NCBI GenBank assembly: GCA_028534125.1 | Contig: CM052818.1 | Location: forward strand, 17,672,001-17,736,000 | DNA length: 64,000 nucleotides | Direction: 5' to 3' | Source of the DNA: Lama glama | Lineage: Eukaryota | In this document: positions 49,940 to 61,035 of the stretch, piece after piece | Layout: each line of letters begins with the position of its first letter | How positions within the stretch are numbered: the stretch's first letter is position 1 | Program-made: the position numbers and the translations under genes | The notes under the pieces: generated by a model | The model's input: the letters and a program-made list of their open reading frames with translations, nothing else | Told to the model about the DNA's origin: nothing | Database searches by the model: none

Positions 49940-52900
49940 ATACTAATGACTAAGGTGCTGACTAGCATCCTTGAGGAGAGATGGCTCTTTCACTAAACTC
50001 AACTTGTGAACTTGCCCAGGTTCACTTGGCCCGTTAACCTCCCTGGCCTTGGCCACTTCCCCTGCTTCCCAACCTGAGTGGCTCCGCTGACTGCACAGGC
50101 CACTCCCATACTCACAAGACCTGGCCACTGTCTACGAGCTTCTAATATCTCTAGGTGTCTTCTAGTGACAAGGGCCAGATTTTAGCAAAGATTCCAATGG
50201 ACCCTTTGCAGTGGGAGTCAAAGCAGTGCTCTGGTCCAGTCAGTCAAGCCCAGGGACGCTCTGGCTTTCTCAGCAGTCGCTTGGAGAAGCCAAATAAAAC
50301 AACCTGGAGGTTCAGGAAGGGTAATGCCCTGAGTAAAATTTGACCCAAGAAAGAGTACTGAGGAGGCAGCTGGCAGAAAAATTGAGGGACTGAATTACCA
50401 GGTTTGTTTCCTTGTAAAGCTGTTGCCAGGTTGGTAACACATTCCCTTCTGTTTGCTCTCCTTTCTCCCTTGCGTCATTCCCTGTATTCCTGACCCTTGG
50501 GGAATATTCTCAATTCCCTATGATTGTGCTCCTCCAATAAAATATTTACACGCAAACTTCATTTCAGGTTCTGTTTTCTAGAAACTTGGGTAATGTGTTT
50601 GGTATCTCAGTCAGGAAGACAGTCTCCCAGGATAGGACTTTGCAGTTGGATTGCCCACCTATTGACGGTAATAGGACCCCCACTGCTGGTGGAAAGTGAG
50701 GTGGTAATAACCTACGATATACACAATTATTAAGGTTTTCATCCGTGGTTAATTAGATTGAGATGTTGATGAAAGACAAAGCATTGAGAGGGCAAGTGTT
50801 TAATGTACTTGATCAATGGTAATTATATGCCTATGGTTGGGATGTTTGGCTTTAACAGCATCAGAGGGCAAATTAAAGCATACACTGAAAGCCAGGGGGC
50901 TTGAATGCAGCTCTAAAAAAATATTCTTATTCCTTGATGCACAGGGCATTCTCAACTAAAAATGAGGCTTAGAGTTTGAATATAATGGTGGCAGAGTTGC
51001 AAAACGAACTTGAATGCACAGCCTCTGATTTGGAAAGAATAGAACCCTGAAATATGTGATAGAATCCTTAGTTTATAAACCTGAGACTCTCAAACCTTCA
51101 AATTCCACTGAATCCTGGCTCAAAGAAACATCCAGTTTCCCCTTGCTAAAAAGAGAGTGGTTTCCCTGTATCCGCATACCATGCACATGAGAAAAAGGTG
51201 ATGTTTGTTTTCTTTAAGACTTACGGCCATTATCCCTCCTTGCCTCCAGGCCAGCAAGAAGCACTGTTCTTGGAATAAAGAGCATACCCACAAAAGGGAT
51301 TGTACATATATGTACTGTCAGGAACTAAAGAAATACACATGTGAGTGTATCTTGAAGGTGCTAACCTGAGGAGATGGAGTTCAGGGCTGAACAGGGGAGA
51401 ACTCATTGACCCTGGGGCACTCACTCACACTAATGTTCAACATTCTGGCGAATATAACTGAAGCTGGTCATAATAGTTTACTCTGATGGCTCCTTGATGA
51501 TTGGATGTAACAGTGACCTATGGTAAATGAGGTAGAGATTTCAGAAAACTTGGTATAGTATTGAGAGAGGGCTTAGACAAAGAGTTGGTAATGTCAGAAT
51601 GTTAGGATGGATATAAATAGTAAATGTAATTGAGAAACTACCACCTTCCTGTGCTCCCGGTGAGGACCCCAGAGATACTGCCTTCACTCTGGCAATAAAG
51701 ATGCATTTTGAGAAGCACTTTGGCGGCTATCTCTGTAGGAATTCCACTGCTGTGGAATTTGGATTCCAGATATTAATGGGGAAATAGCATGTTGAAGTGG
51801 CATGAGCCAGGTGGCTGCATGTCACTATCAGAGACAAAGTCAGTGCAGTTGCTGAAATGGACAGCAAAGCCAGATAAACGATCGGGGGGCCTCTGTTCAT
51901 AGAGGTTGAGAGTGGTGGCTATTAGCTAGCTGTGGCTTAATTTGTATCATAATAAAATAAAAGAAATCTGACTAGTAGACCAGCTGGCATGAGCAGTCAA
52001 GATGCGAAACCATGGCTCCTCACTCAGGTCCCAGGTTTCCCAGGTTATTGGGACAGCTCATTGATTGACGGGAAGGCCAGGTACTCTAGAGGAGACCCTC
52101 AAAACACTGTATGTGTGTACAGTAAATATTCCTACAATCTTTCTCCAAGCAGACTTGCAGATAATTTCTAGGGTAACTGCTTTTCTGAGAGCTTTCCAGG
52201 ATTTCTAAGATGTGAGTCTGACATGATACTGACACCAGGGAACAAAAAAATGCTGTTATGATTCTCTGAGTAGAGTGGAAGTTTATGGAAGCCAAATAAA
52301 TGAAATTTTGGCCAAATATTTTAATAGTTGGTCCAATGGGTATTTGAGTTCATTATGAGATCATTTTTTCTGAGCTTCAAGTTTTCAATTGTGAAGATAG
52401 AAGCTGGAAAACACTCCATGCTGGTTCTCTGACCTGATGCCTGGTGTTACATTCTCAGTAGTTGAAGTCCAGGGACAAAAGAAAGGAATATGATTGGGCC
52501 TTCACAACCTCACTGTCAGGGAGCCTCCTGCAGAATCTGTGTTTTCTATCTCTGCAAAATTAGTCTTTGCCAAGTTAGAATCTTAGTTCCCAGCATTTCT
52601 GCCAGTGGATAACAGAAAAGCTTCCACTCAATTGGAGGCTGTTGTTGCCATCTGGCCACCACCAGTAGACCAGCAGGAAAATAAGAGAGCTGCTCTTCTG
52701 AGTTAACAATCGCCATGCTGAGTTGGGGGCGATAGTGCACAAAAGGCAAAGAGGAGTGTGTCTGGAATCACGGACTTCTGGGGTTTTCACTGCCCAGTGG
52801 CAACTATGAATGGACAATTATAGCAACCACAGTCCCCCAAATGGTAAACTAAGTAAAGGCTTATACCCCTTGGGGATCAAGAGCTGGGCCATTCTGCCAG

Positions 52901-53840
52901 GGAAGTAACCAAGGCTAGTCAAAGTCTTGGTCAAGAAAAATCCCAAGTTGGCAGGAGAAGAGGGAGATGATAAGTATCAATTATTGTTCCAGAATTAGCC
53001 GCAGCATCAGGGGGTACAGTTTGTTCTGCTCGTCCTCCTGTAGGCTTTTTAGGATATTGCAACTGTTCACTCTTGGAAGAACCAGACTTGTATCACTCCT
53101 CTCAGAGTTAGAAGTAAAGGTGCTACATGCTTATACGAAAAAGGATGTAGACAGATCTGGGCAGTGCAAGAGGCGAGTTCTGCTGGATCTAACCTCTGCT
53201 CCTCTGCTAATACAATCAGTGCTATTTAGCCTAGGGGCTAACCTTAGTCATTTGTCCTGCTTTTCAGATGAAGGGGTCCTCTTCAAAATGCTCTTACAGC
53301 CTTCATGCCCAGCCATTGCTGTTGTTGCCTCATCTTCAGATAGTACCAGTTGACTCAGTTTCTCCTTAAGAACAAGAGCTGAACCTTAGTGCGTCTTCAA
53401 GTGATAGCTGTCCTGAGAGCCATTTAGCATCTCCAGTGCCCAATTCCAGCCTGACTGGACCTGCTGGGACTCTCCTTTCCCAGCGGTTACCTGGGAAAGG
53501 AGAGTCCTGGCCAAGTGGAATTCCCAGAAGTGCAGAAAAATTAAAGCTTTGTGGGCTGGCCTCTGACCAATGAGAAACGAAACGCAAGAGGGAGCTGTCA
53601 GTTTAAAATGCTTGCCCTTTCTCTCCTCGGACAGATGCTGCCAAGAAAGGGATGGCTCTGTGTGGCCTCTCCTTGTTACTAACATGAGTTTTCTTATTAA
53701 ACTGTGGCCAGCTCTTTAATGCAACCTGTGTTTTCTTGTCCTGTGGCCTTGTGTCATGTCCTTTATCCCACTGTTGTCCTGGGATTCCACCTGTCAATAA
53801 AGCATTAGTGTGGGAGCCCTGCTCCAGGTGCTGTTTACTA
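49940..53840 (+). mobile_element. Ancient two-LTR ERVL provirus relic (LTR33/LTR16-type LTRs with deleted ERV3-16A3-like internal region)
   Basis: Two similar LTR 3' halves (tgacc.a.ga...gagctg.cag at ~50341 and ~53564; AATAAA at 50536 and 53796, each followed by cagg...ctgttt.ctagaaa) flank a decayed internal region (~50595-53180). The left boundary is approximate. Confidence 0.55.
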
Positions 53841-55999
53841 GAAAATCAGGGGTAAGGACACTTCTTACATAGGAAAGACATCAAAGCCACCTCAGTACAA
53901 ATATTTGAAGAAAAAAAAAACAAGTAAGCCCTCCAACCCAAGAGATTTGGGATGTGTGAAGAGATTAATGGAGTGGAGACTGGATACAATTTTGGAAGAA
54001 GGAAAAAAAAGTTACATAATCATTTTCTTTCTGCTCTTCTCGGAGACTTCACACAGTGGGAAGGCGTGGAAGGTTGCATTTGGGAGCTAGCAACACTTAA
54101 TTCTTGGCTAGACGTCTAAGAATGAACAGCAAACAGGAGGCAGAGGCTTGCAAAATATCCATTCTATAACCTCATCTTTAAGAAAGAGATGCAAAGGGAG
54201 AACTTGAGGTTTTATATTTTCCAGTCTAAACTATAGAAATTTAAACCAGTATTCGGGTATGAAACTTTGGGTATTGCTCAAGTTTTTACTGAACTTTCTC
54301 CCTCAACCAGCTAGCTCTTTTGAGTCTTGTCTACCTCAGCAAATGTTAACTCTCTTCTTCCTGGTACTTCAACTGAGACCTTGGTATTATCCTTGACACT
54401 TTTCTTTGTCTCAGAGTCTGTAGTCAAACTATCAATAAATCCTGTAAACGTCATCTTCATTCTCTATTTAGAATCCAATTTAAGGGGAAGACAGATTCTA
54501 TCACATGGTTCAACATTTCAATGGTTTTATGTCACCCTTAGAATAAAATTCAAAATATTTTTGTTTTGTTTTATTCACTAATGTCTCCTCTATACATACA
54601 ACAATTCTTGGTTTATATTATGAACTTAATAAATATTTTGTGAATGGATTGGTCTATGTTGAGCCTGCTTTTCAGTCCCTAAAGATGAAAAAGGAAAGTT
54701 ATTTGAAAGTTTAAGTATGAATCCATGGATACTTGGACTAATGTTTCTACTGCTGGAAGATGTAAGGATGTTTTAATTTTCAGAAATATTAAATGGGTGA
54801 CAGTGACATGCCTTGGTTTAAGATGAGAAAGACAATTTTCTTTCAAAAATAAAATCTATGTTTTAATCTGGTGTTAACCATGATCAGATTAACCCATTGG
54901 TTGAATATTTCCAGCATCTCCAATTAACAAAATCTTCTTACTGATCAAATTGTCTCTCTTTTTAATGACAGAAACTGATGACATTTTGTGGCTAACATAA
55001 TAGAAATCTTAAGAAACATCCATTATTAGCATCATTAAGAGAAATTGTGACAGAACACCTCCATCTCCAAGTGGTATAGACAATCTAGTGCCCTAAAAGG
55101 ATGTGACCAAAAATGAAGGAAAAGAAAAAGTAATGAGACATCGATTAAAGTAGACTACCTTGACATTTAGATAAAAGAGAAAAAAATTACCTAATGTCTA
55201 TGAAACAGGTTTCCCTAATATTTAAAAAATCACCTTTGTTGTAACATGTAGCTACTCTGTCACTTGAGATTCAAGAGTGGTTATATAATATGCATGATGT
55301 TTTATATACTCTTAGGTTCTTAAAAAATTATGCCATCTTGAAATATTCTATTCATCAGTCCAAACAATTGAGATATTAGGCATCTTTGAAGTGAGGATTC
55401 TGTGCTAGCTGATTTGGCAGGACAAGGAATGACTAACCCCAGTGTGGGTGTTAGCACACTGGGTCCTGACCCTGGTTCTGCAGTCATCCAGCTGTGGGAT
55501 GTGGATTAGGTAATCTGCAAGTTTCTCCCAGCTCTGATTATGCTTTATTGATACTGTGAAATTTCTAAGACTTTAAAGTTTAACCCCACCTAGGTGTTCC
55601 ACTACCATTTCAAATGGTCTTTACCCCCAGTGCATATGATCTTCTCCTTAAAACTGCCTCTAACTTCCAAATCACTCCTCTCTTTGTTGGAGGCTTATAG
55701 CTTGCCAGAGTTAAAAACTTGCAGTCATTTTTGACTCTTCTTTTATTCTCAGTTACTACAAAGTCTGACTGCTTCTTTTGTTTTGAAATACCTCTCAGGT
55801 TAGCCCCTTTTTATGTTCCAAAATCAATGATTTTATCCATGCTTGCATCACCTCCTGGCTATGTACTGTGGCAGTGGCCTGGCTGGGTTCACCACCCCTA
55901 ATTCTCTGCTCTGTTCATCCCACATGTCACTTTCAACCTAATCTTCCCTTACCCAGGCTTTCATCCCACTCACCAGCTTTAGAATCCACCCTGGTTACT

Positions 56000-56172
56000 C
56001 TATTTTTTGTTTTTTGGGTTTTTTTTGTTAATTTTAATTTTTTTAATGATATTTATTGGTTGATTGATTGAAGCATAGTCAGTTCACAATGTTGTGTCAA
56101 CTTCTGGTGTATAGCTCACTGGACAGCCACATGTAAATCAATGGAGTTAGAAACATTCCGTCACACACCATA
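56000..56172. mobile_element. Miniature 5'-inverted L1 insertion with TSD
   Basis: Antisense poly(T) and L1 3' terminus (56000-56117) joined to a sense ORF2 fragment (56118-56172; WTATCKSMELE...TPYT); perfect 13-bp TSD caccctggttact (55987-55999 / 56173-56185). Confidence 0.85.
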
Positions 56173-56509
56173 CACCCTGGTTACTTTTTATTGCCTGCTT
56201 TTTTCCCCAATAAGTATTTACCCTCCAGGTGGCTGTGTCTTCTCAATGTGTTTTCCTCTTTGCCCTTCCACCTTCCCCAAACTCCACCCTTGCCAATATA
56301 AATTGTGCTTATTCCATCATCAATGCTTTTTCTTTTTATTATTCTGAAAACTAGCCATTGTTCTGATTATGTTACCTATGTGACTGTACCACCTTAGAAG
56401 ATACATTAAGTATAGAGAAGAAAATAAAAAGTCCGCCATAGTCTAATGTTCAGAAACAACCATGATAGGCAAAATCTTTTCCTTTGTATGTTTTCATACG
56501 TGTATAAAT

Positions 56510-56740
56510 AATAATAGCAATAAAATGGCACTGTCTGCCCTCATTGTAAGGCAAAAATTGTGCTTAGCAGTTTATATTAATTGTCTTATTTGATACAACT
56601 CTATGAAACAGATACATTTATTATCCTTATTTCTAGATAAACTAAATAACTGGGGTTACATAACTTAAACAGATTCACATATTAAACTTTAACCTGCCAT
56701 TTCTGGAGTCTGAGTATTTAACCATTACGTAATTCTGTCT
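56510..56740 (-). mobile_element. MIR SINE relic
   Basis: acaactctatgaaacagatacatttattatccttatttctagataa ... ctggagtctgagtatttaaccattac. Confidence 0.6.
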
Positions 56741-57377
56741 ACCAAATTCTTATACAGACTAAGCATATTTGTGTATCAAATTGTTCAAGCCTAATTTGCA
56801 TATTTTATGCCAAGATAGAGTTACTCTCGTGTTTTAGAGAGAAAAATATATATCTTCTATAGAAGATTGAAAAAGACTTAGTCATTTGCTCAATCCATTT
56901 CTGTAATACTATGGCTAAAGAAGTAATTATAAATGTATAGACTTCAAAAGGTGGACTGTCTTGTACTCATGTTTAAAATCATTTTCCTAAACTATAACTG
57001 AAGTTTGGGGGGAAATTTTGCTGTAAGTTTATAATAGTAATTTCACAGAACTGGTAAAGAAAATAATTTGACAACCTGAAGCAAAAGGCAAATCATTATA
57101 AAATCAAGTGATGTGAAATCATGTACTTTGCAAGTTAAGAGAGCTGAAGGATAGATCTTCCGTGATGAAATGTGAATAATAAGTTATAATGTGATATCTG
57201 TATATACATATCTTAATTAGTCATGAGCTCAAGTAAGCCATAATAGCTGGTAAAAAGAGAATTCTAATTTTAAATTTAGCCTAGCTCCTGCACAAAATAA
57301 TTTCATATGCAGAAAAAGAAATTTAAAGTGTAAATCTTTCAGAGTGAAACTGTATAACTCTATTTACTATAGTTGAA

Positions 57378-57953
57378 TGTAATAATCAGAGCTTCCTAAG
57401 AAATTCAGCCAATAGGATATGCATGTATATAGAGAGAAAAAGATTTATTTTAAGGAATTGGCTTGTATGATTGTGGGAAGAGGCTTGTCAGAATTCTGCA
57501 AGTCAAGCTAGCAGGCTAGAGACTCAGGGAAGACTTGATATTGCACGTCAAGTCCAAAATGAGTCTGGAGGCAGAATTCTCTCTTCCTTTAGGGACTTCA
57601 GTCTGTTTGCTGTAAAGCCTTCAGCTGATTAGATGAGGCCCACCTACATTACCAACCATTTTCTGCTTTATTCAAAGTTTACCGATTTAAATATTAATCA
57701 CATCTTAAAAGGGGGAGGGTATAACTCAAGTGGTAGAGTGCATGCTTACCATGCATAAGGTCTTGCGTTCAATTCCCAGTACCTCCTCAAAACATAAATA
57801 AATAAACCTAATTACCCCCCAAATAAATAAATGAAATTTAAAAAATAATAATAAATCACATCTTAAAAATACCTTCACAGCAACATTTAGACTGGTGCTT
57901 AATAAAAACTAGGTACCATGAGCACCATCAAGTTGACATATAAAAATATCACA
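57378..57953 (-). mobile_element. MLT2-type ERVL LTR (interrupted by a SINE)
   Basis: ccaataggatat...agatttattttaaggaattggct ... ctgattagatgaggcccacc ... caagttgacatataaaaatatcaca. Confidence 0.75.
57711..57853 (+). mobile_element. tRNA-derived SINE of camelid type (vic-1/SINE_Vpa-like)
   Basis: gggggagggtataactcaagtggtagagtgcatgctt...gttcaattcccagtacctcc with A and B boxes; tail ataaataaataaacctaattacccccc; perfect 15-bp TSD aatcacatcttaaaa (57696-57710 / 57854-57868). Confidence 0.9.
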
Positions 57954-59309
57954 TTAAGCAACAGATTCATCGAAATGTATCAAATACATTTAAAAGCTCC
58001 ATTTATTAATTGCACTTGCCTGCAATTATTTGTGACAAAAGAGCAAACATACACAAATCAAGCCTAAGTTGTATTTGTACATACAGTGGACTGCATCAGA
58101 ATTTTCAAATTCAAACAACCTTAAAATTTTTCAGACCAAGCAAAAATCTCAAGGAGTCAAATAGGATTAGGGACTTCATAGTGGCAAAAAAACCACACTG
58201 TCCATGGAAATGTGTTCCTAAGGGAACTTAAGGAGAGGTAATGCTTTAGTTATCCTACATGTAATGAAAAGTTGCTATGATTGTTTTTAACAAGTGAGTT
58301 CTACAAACATAAGTTCCTGGTTATTCTCCAAGAAGAAAACTTTCCTGTAAGTGAAAAAAATTCATATTTTTAGAGCAAACTTCCACCTGCTGGTTTACTT
58401 CGTTGATAAATATCATTTGTTAATGACCTCCCATCCTCTGTGCAGAGGCGGGAAGGAAATATAAAATCAAAATGCTTTATTCCTATGCAGTTTAGGTGTG
58501 CATGTCATCTGAGGCATGTAGTAGAAGCGCAGCTCAGTAGACACTGTCCCAGAGATTTTGTCATAGGTCTGGGGAGTAACCCAGGAATTTTCATTTTGAA
58601 AAGAGGCTTCAAGATGATACTGAAGCCTGTGGTACTCAGGTCATACTTTGAATAATACCGATGATACAGGTGAATGTAGGTTATGCTCCCTTCCTGCTCT
58701 AATCTCTGTTCTAATATATACTTTTCCCCCCTAGCATTTTCCCTAGAAAAACTGTTGTAATTTAGACAGGATTCCCTTACTTCACTGCCATTTTCTAACA
58801 AAGAAAAGTCTCAGAAGATTGAAGCCAAGGTCAACAGATTCTCCTTGATAACAAAGCTATTCCTTATACTTGGAACTCTTGAAACTGTATCATTTTGATT
58901 CTAAGGCACATATTAACAAAAAAATCTGGATATTGCTAAAAATCAGTGTGCATCTTATCATAGATGGTGCTTTATAGTGAGTATGACCAAATGGTATTAA
59001 CTGCCATGGTCTCTGCATTTGTACACTTGGACATAATTTTTCAGGTTGTGTTGTTTCAACTGAACGTGTTTAATTTTTAGTGTTATATACGTTGAGTTCA
59101 GTTGATGTTTAAAATGTCTTCTAAAATTTTTGTTATGGGATTTGACATTGAAACAAAATTTGCTACGTTAACAGAAATGCACATAAACAAAATGATGGCG
59201 TGTACACTTAGTAGTCAGCAAAATGAATTCCCTGTCATTAGAGGAATGACAACAATTTTATATTTTCTAGCAAAGCAACAACCAAATGCTTTACAGAAGT
59301 ACTTCTGCA

Positions 59310-59460
59310 ACTTTATAATACATAAGAGTCACCTGGGAAACTCACTATAATGCAGATTCTGATTCTGTAAGTTTGGGTTGGGGCCTGAGATTACAAATTC
59401 CTCACAAGCTTCCAAACATTATCCATTCTGCTGAGCCATGAACCATAATTTGAGTCATCA
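59310..59460. mobile_element. MER5A-like hAT relic
   Basis: gagtcacctgggaaac...aatgcagattctgattctgtaagtttgggttggggcctgaga. Confidence 0.7.
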
Positions 59461-59699
59461 GGTTATTCAAAGAGGATACATACAATTATAGGTTGTGTTA
59501 CATTTTGTTAAGATATATGTAAAAGGATTATCTGTCACATAGCACTCCACATTTTGCTAATACCTTAGCCATTTATTGTATCAAGATGATAAATTGTAAC
59601 ATTTTTTCCTGTTCTAGGTGTATATTAGTGATTGCTATATAAAAACATCTCAAATCTGAAATAATTTTTCAAGTATAAAAAATTCTGTTAAGAAATTGT

Positions 59700-60270
59700 G
59701 TAATTGGGAATGTGTATACTCCAAAGAATTGGGTCTCAAAGAGTATTTGCCCACTTTTATAGTACTAGCATTATGCACGATAGATAAAACAAGGTGGCAA
59801 CCCAAGTGTCTGTTGATAGAGAAGTAATTTTTTTAAATGTGATACACACACACACACACACACATATATACACAATGGAATATTACTCAGCCTCAAAAAG
59901 GAAGGAAATCCTGCATGTGCTACAGGGTATGAATTAACCTTGAGGATGGAATAGTCATTATGCTGAATGAAATAAGCTAATCACAAGACGTCAACTACTG
60001 TATGATACCTCTCTTAAGGAATATTTAGAATCATTAAAATCTTAGAGACAGAAGTGGTTTCCAGGGGCTCGGAAGAGGGAGGAATGGGGAGTTACTGCTT
60101 AATGGCTATAGAATTTCAGTTTTACAAGACGAAGAGAATTCTAGAGATGGATGGCGGTGATGATGGCATGATAATGTGAATGCTCCTAATACTACTGAAC
60201 TTTATACTTAAAAAATGGTTACAGTGCTAAGTTTTATATTAGAGGCATTTTGAAGCAAATTGAAAAAAAG
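59700..60270 (+). mobile_element. Old L1 (L1MB-like) 3' end
   Basis: caacccaagtgtc ... cacaatggaatattactcagcc..aaaaaggaaggaaatcctg ... tactgaactttatacttaaaaaatggtt; contains a (CA)n expansion. Confidence 0.85.
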
Positions 60271-60979
60271 TATCAGAGATTTTATTATCTGATTTCTCAT
60301 TTAAGAGAGAACCCACACCTGAGTGACTACGTTTCTGGAACGTGCATCTCAGGAATCCTTAAAAACTTGTAAGGTGTAGCTGTCATTCTTTATATAGATT
60401 GTATTGTCCCCGTATCCATAGTGTAGCTGTTCTTAACCACTTTGGGGTCTGCTAAAGCCCTTCATAGAGTACCTCTGGACAGAGTGATTCCTTTAATTCC
60501 TGATATGGCATCTCTGTTGGCTGTTTCATAGGAAAGTGTTCCTATCTTAGGGGAAAATTTCAGTTATCTCAAATTAGTACTTAGTACCAAATGGTTTACC
60601 CATTCAGAGCCTGTGTGTATGATAAGGTAGTCTTGCTACTGGAGGATTTTATAAATATGAGTCCTTCTGCTATGGGATTCACTGTGAAATCATATTGTGG
60701 GAAGAAAAAAGTGTTAGTTTCAGAGATAACTGCAGAATACCTTTAAAGTCTAAAATTATCTTTCTTTAGAGACTTATTGGATGTATTAATTTGTGGAAAT
60801 TAAGTTTTTTTTAAAGGATTGGAAAGCTTTCCTAGACCCTGCCCTGCACCCCCAGACCCCCTCCACCAAAAACAAGGGAAACAATCTTAAATGCAGGACA
60901 GTCATAGCTCAGGAAACACAGCAGATGCAGTGGAGTAGCTCAGTCATTATAGCATCATTTACGTCTTCAATAGCTTTCT

Positions 60980-61035
60980 CTTTTTTTTTTCCATTTTTTA
61001 ATTGAAGTATAGTCAGTTTACAATGTTGTGTCAAT
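60980..61035 (-). mobile_element. Very short L1 3'-terminal stub
   Basis: T-run followed by attgaagtatagtcagtttacaatgttgtgtcaat, near-identical to the termini at ~10127 and ~56066. Confidence 0.8.

Noticed and set aside
57711..57786. Apparent tRNA gene (A/B boxes, tRNA-like head)
   Set aside because: It has a SINE-type A-rich tail and perfect TSDs, so it is a tRNA-derived SINE rather than a tRNA gene.
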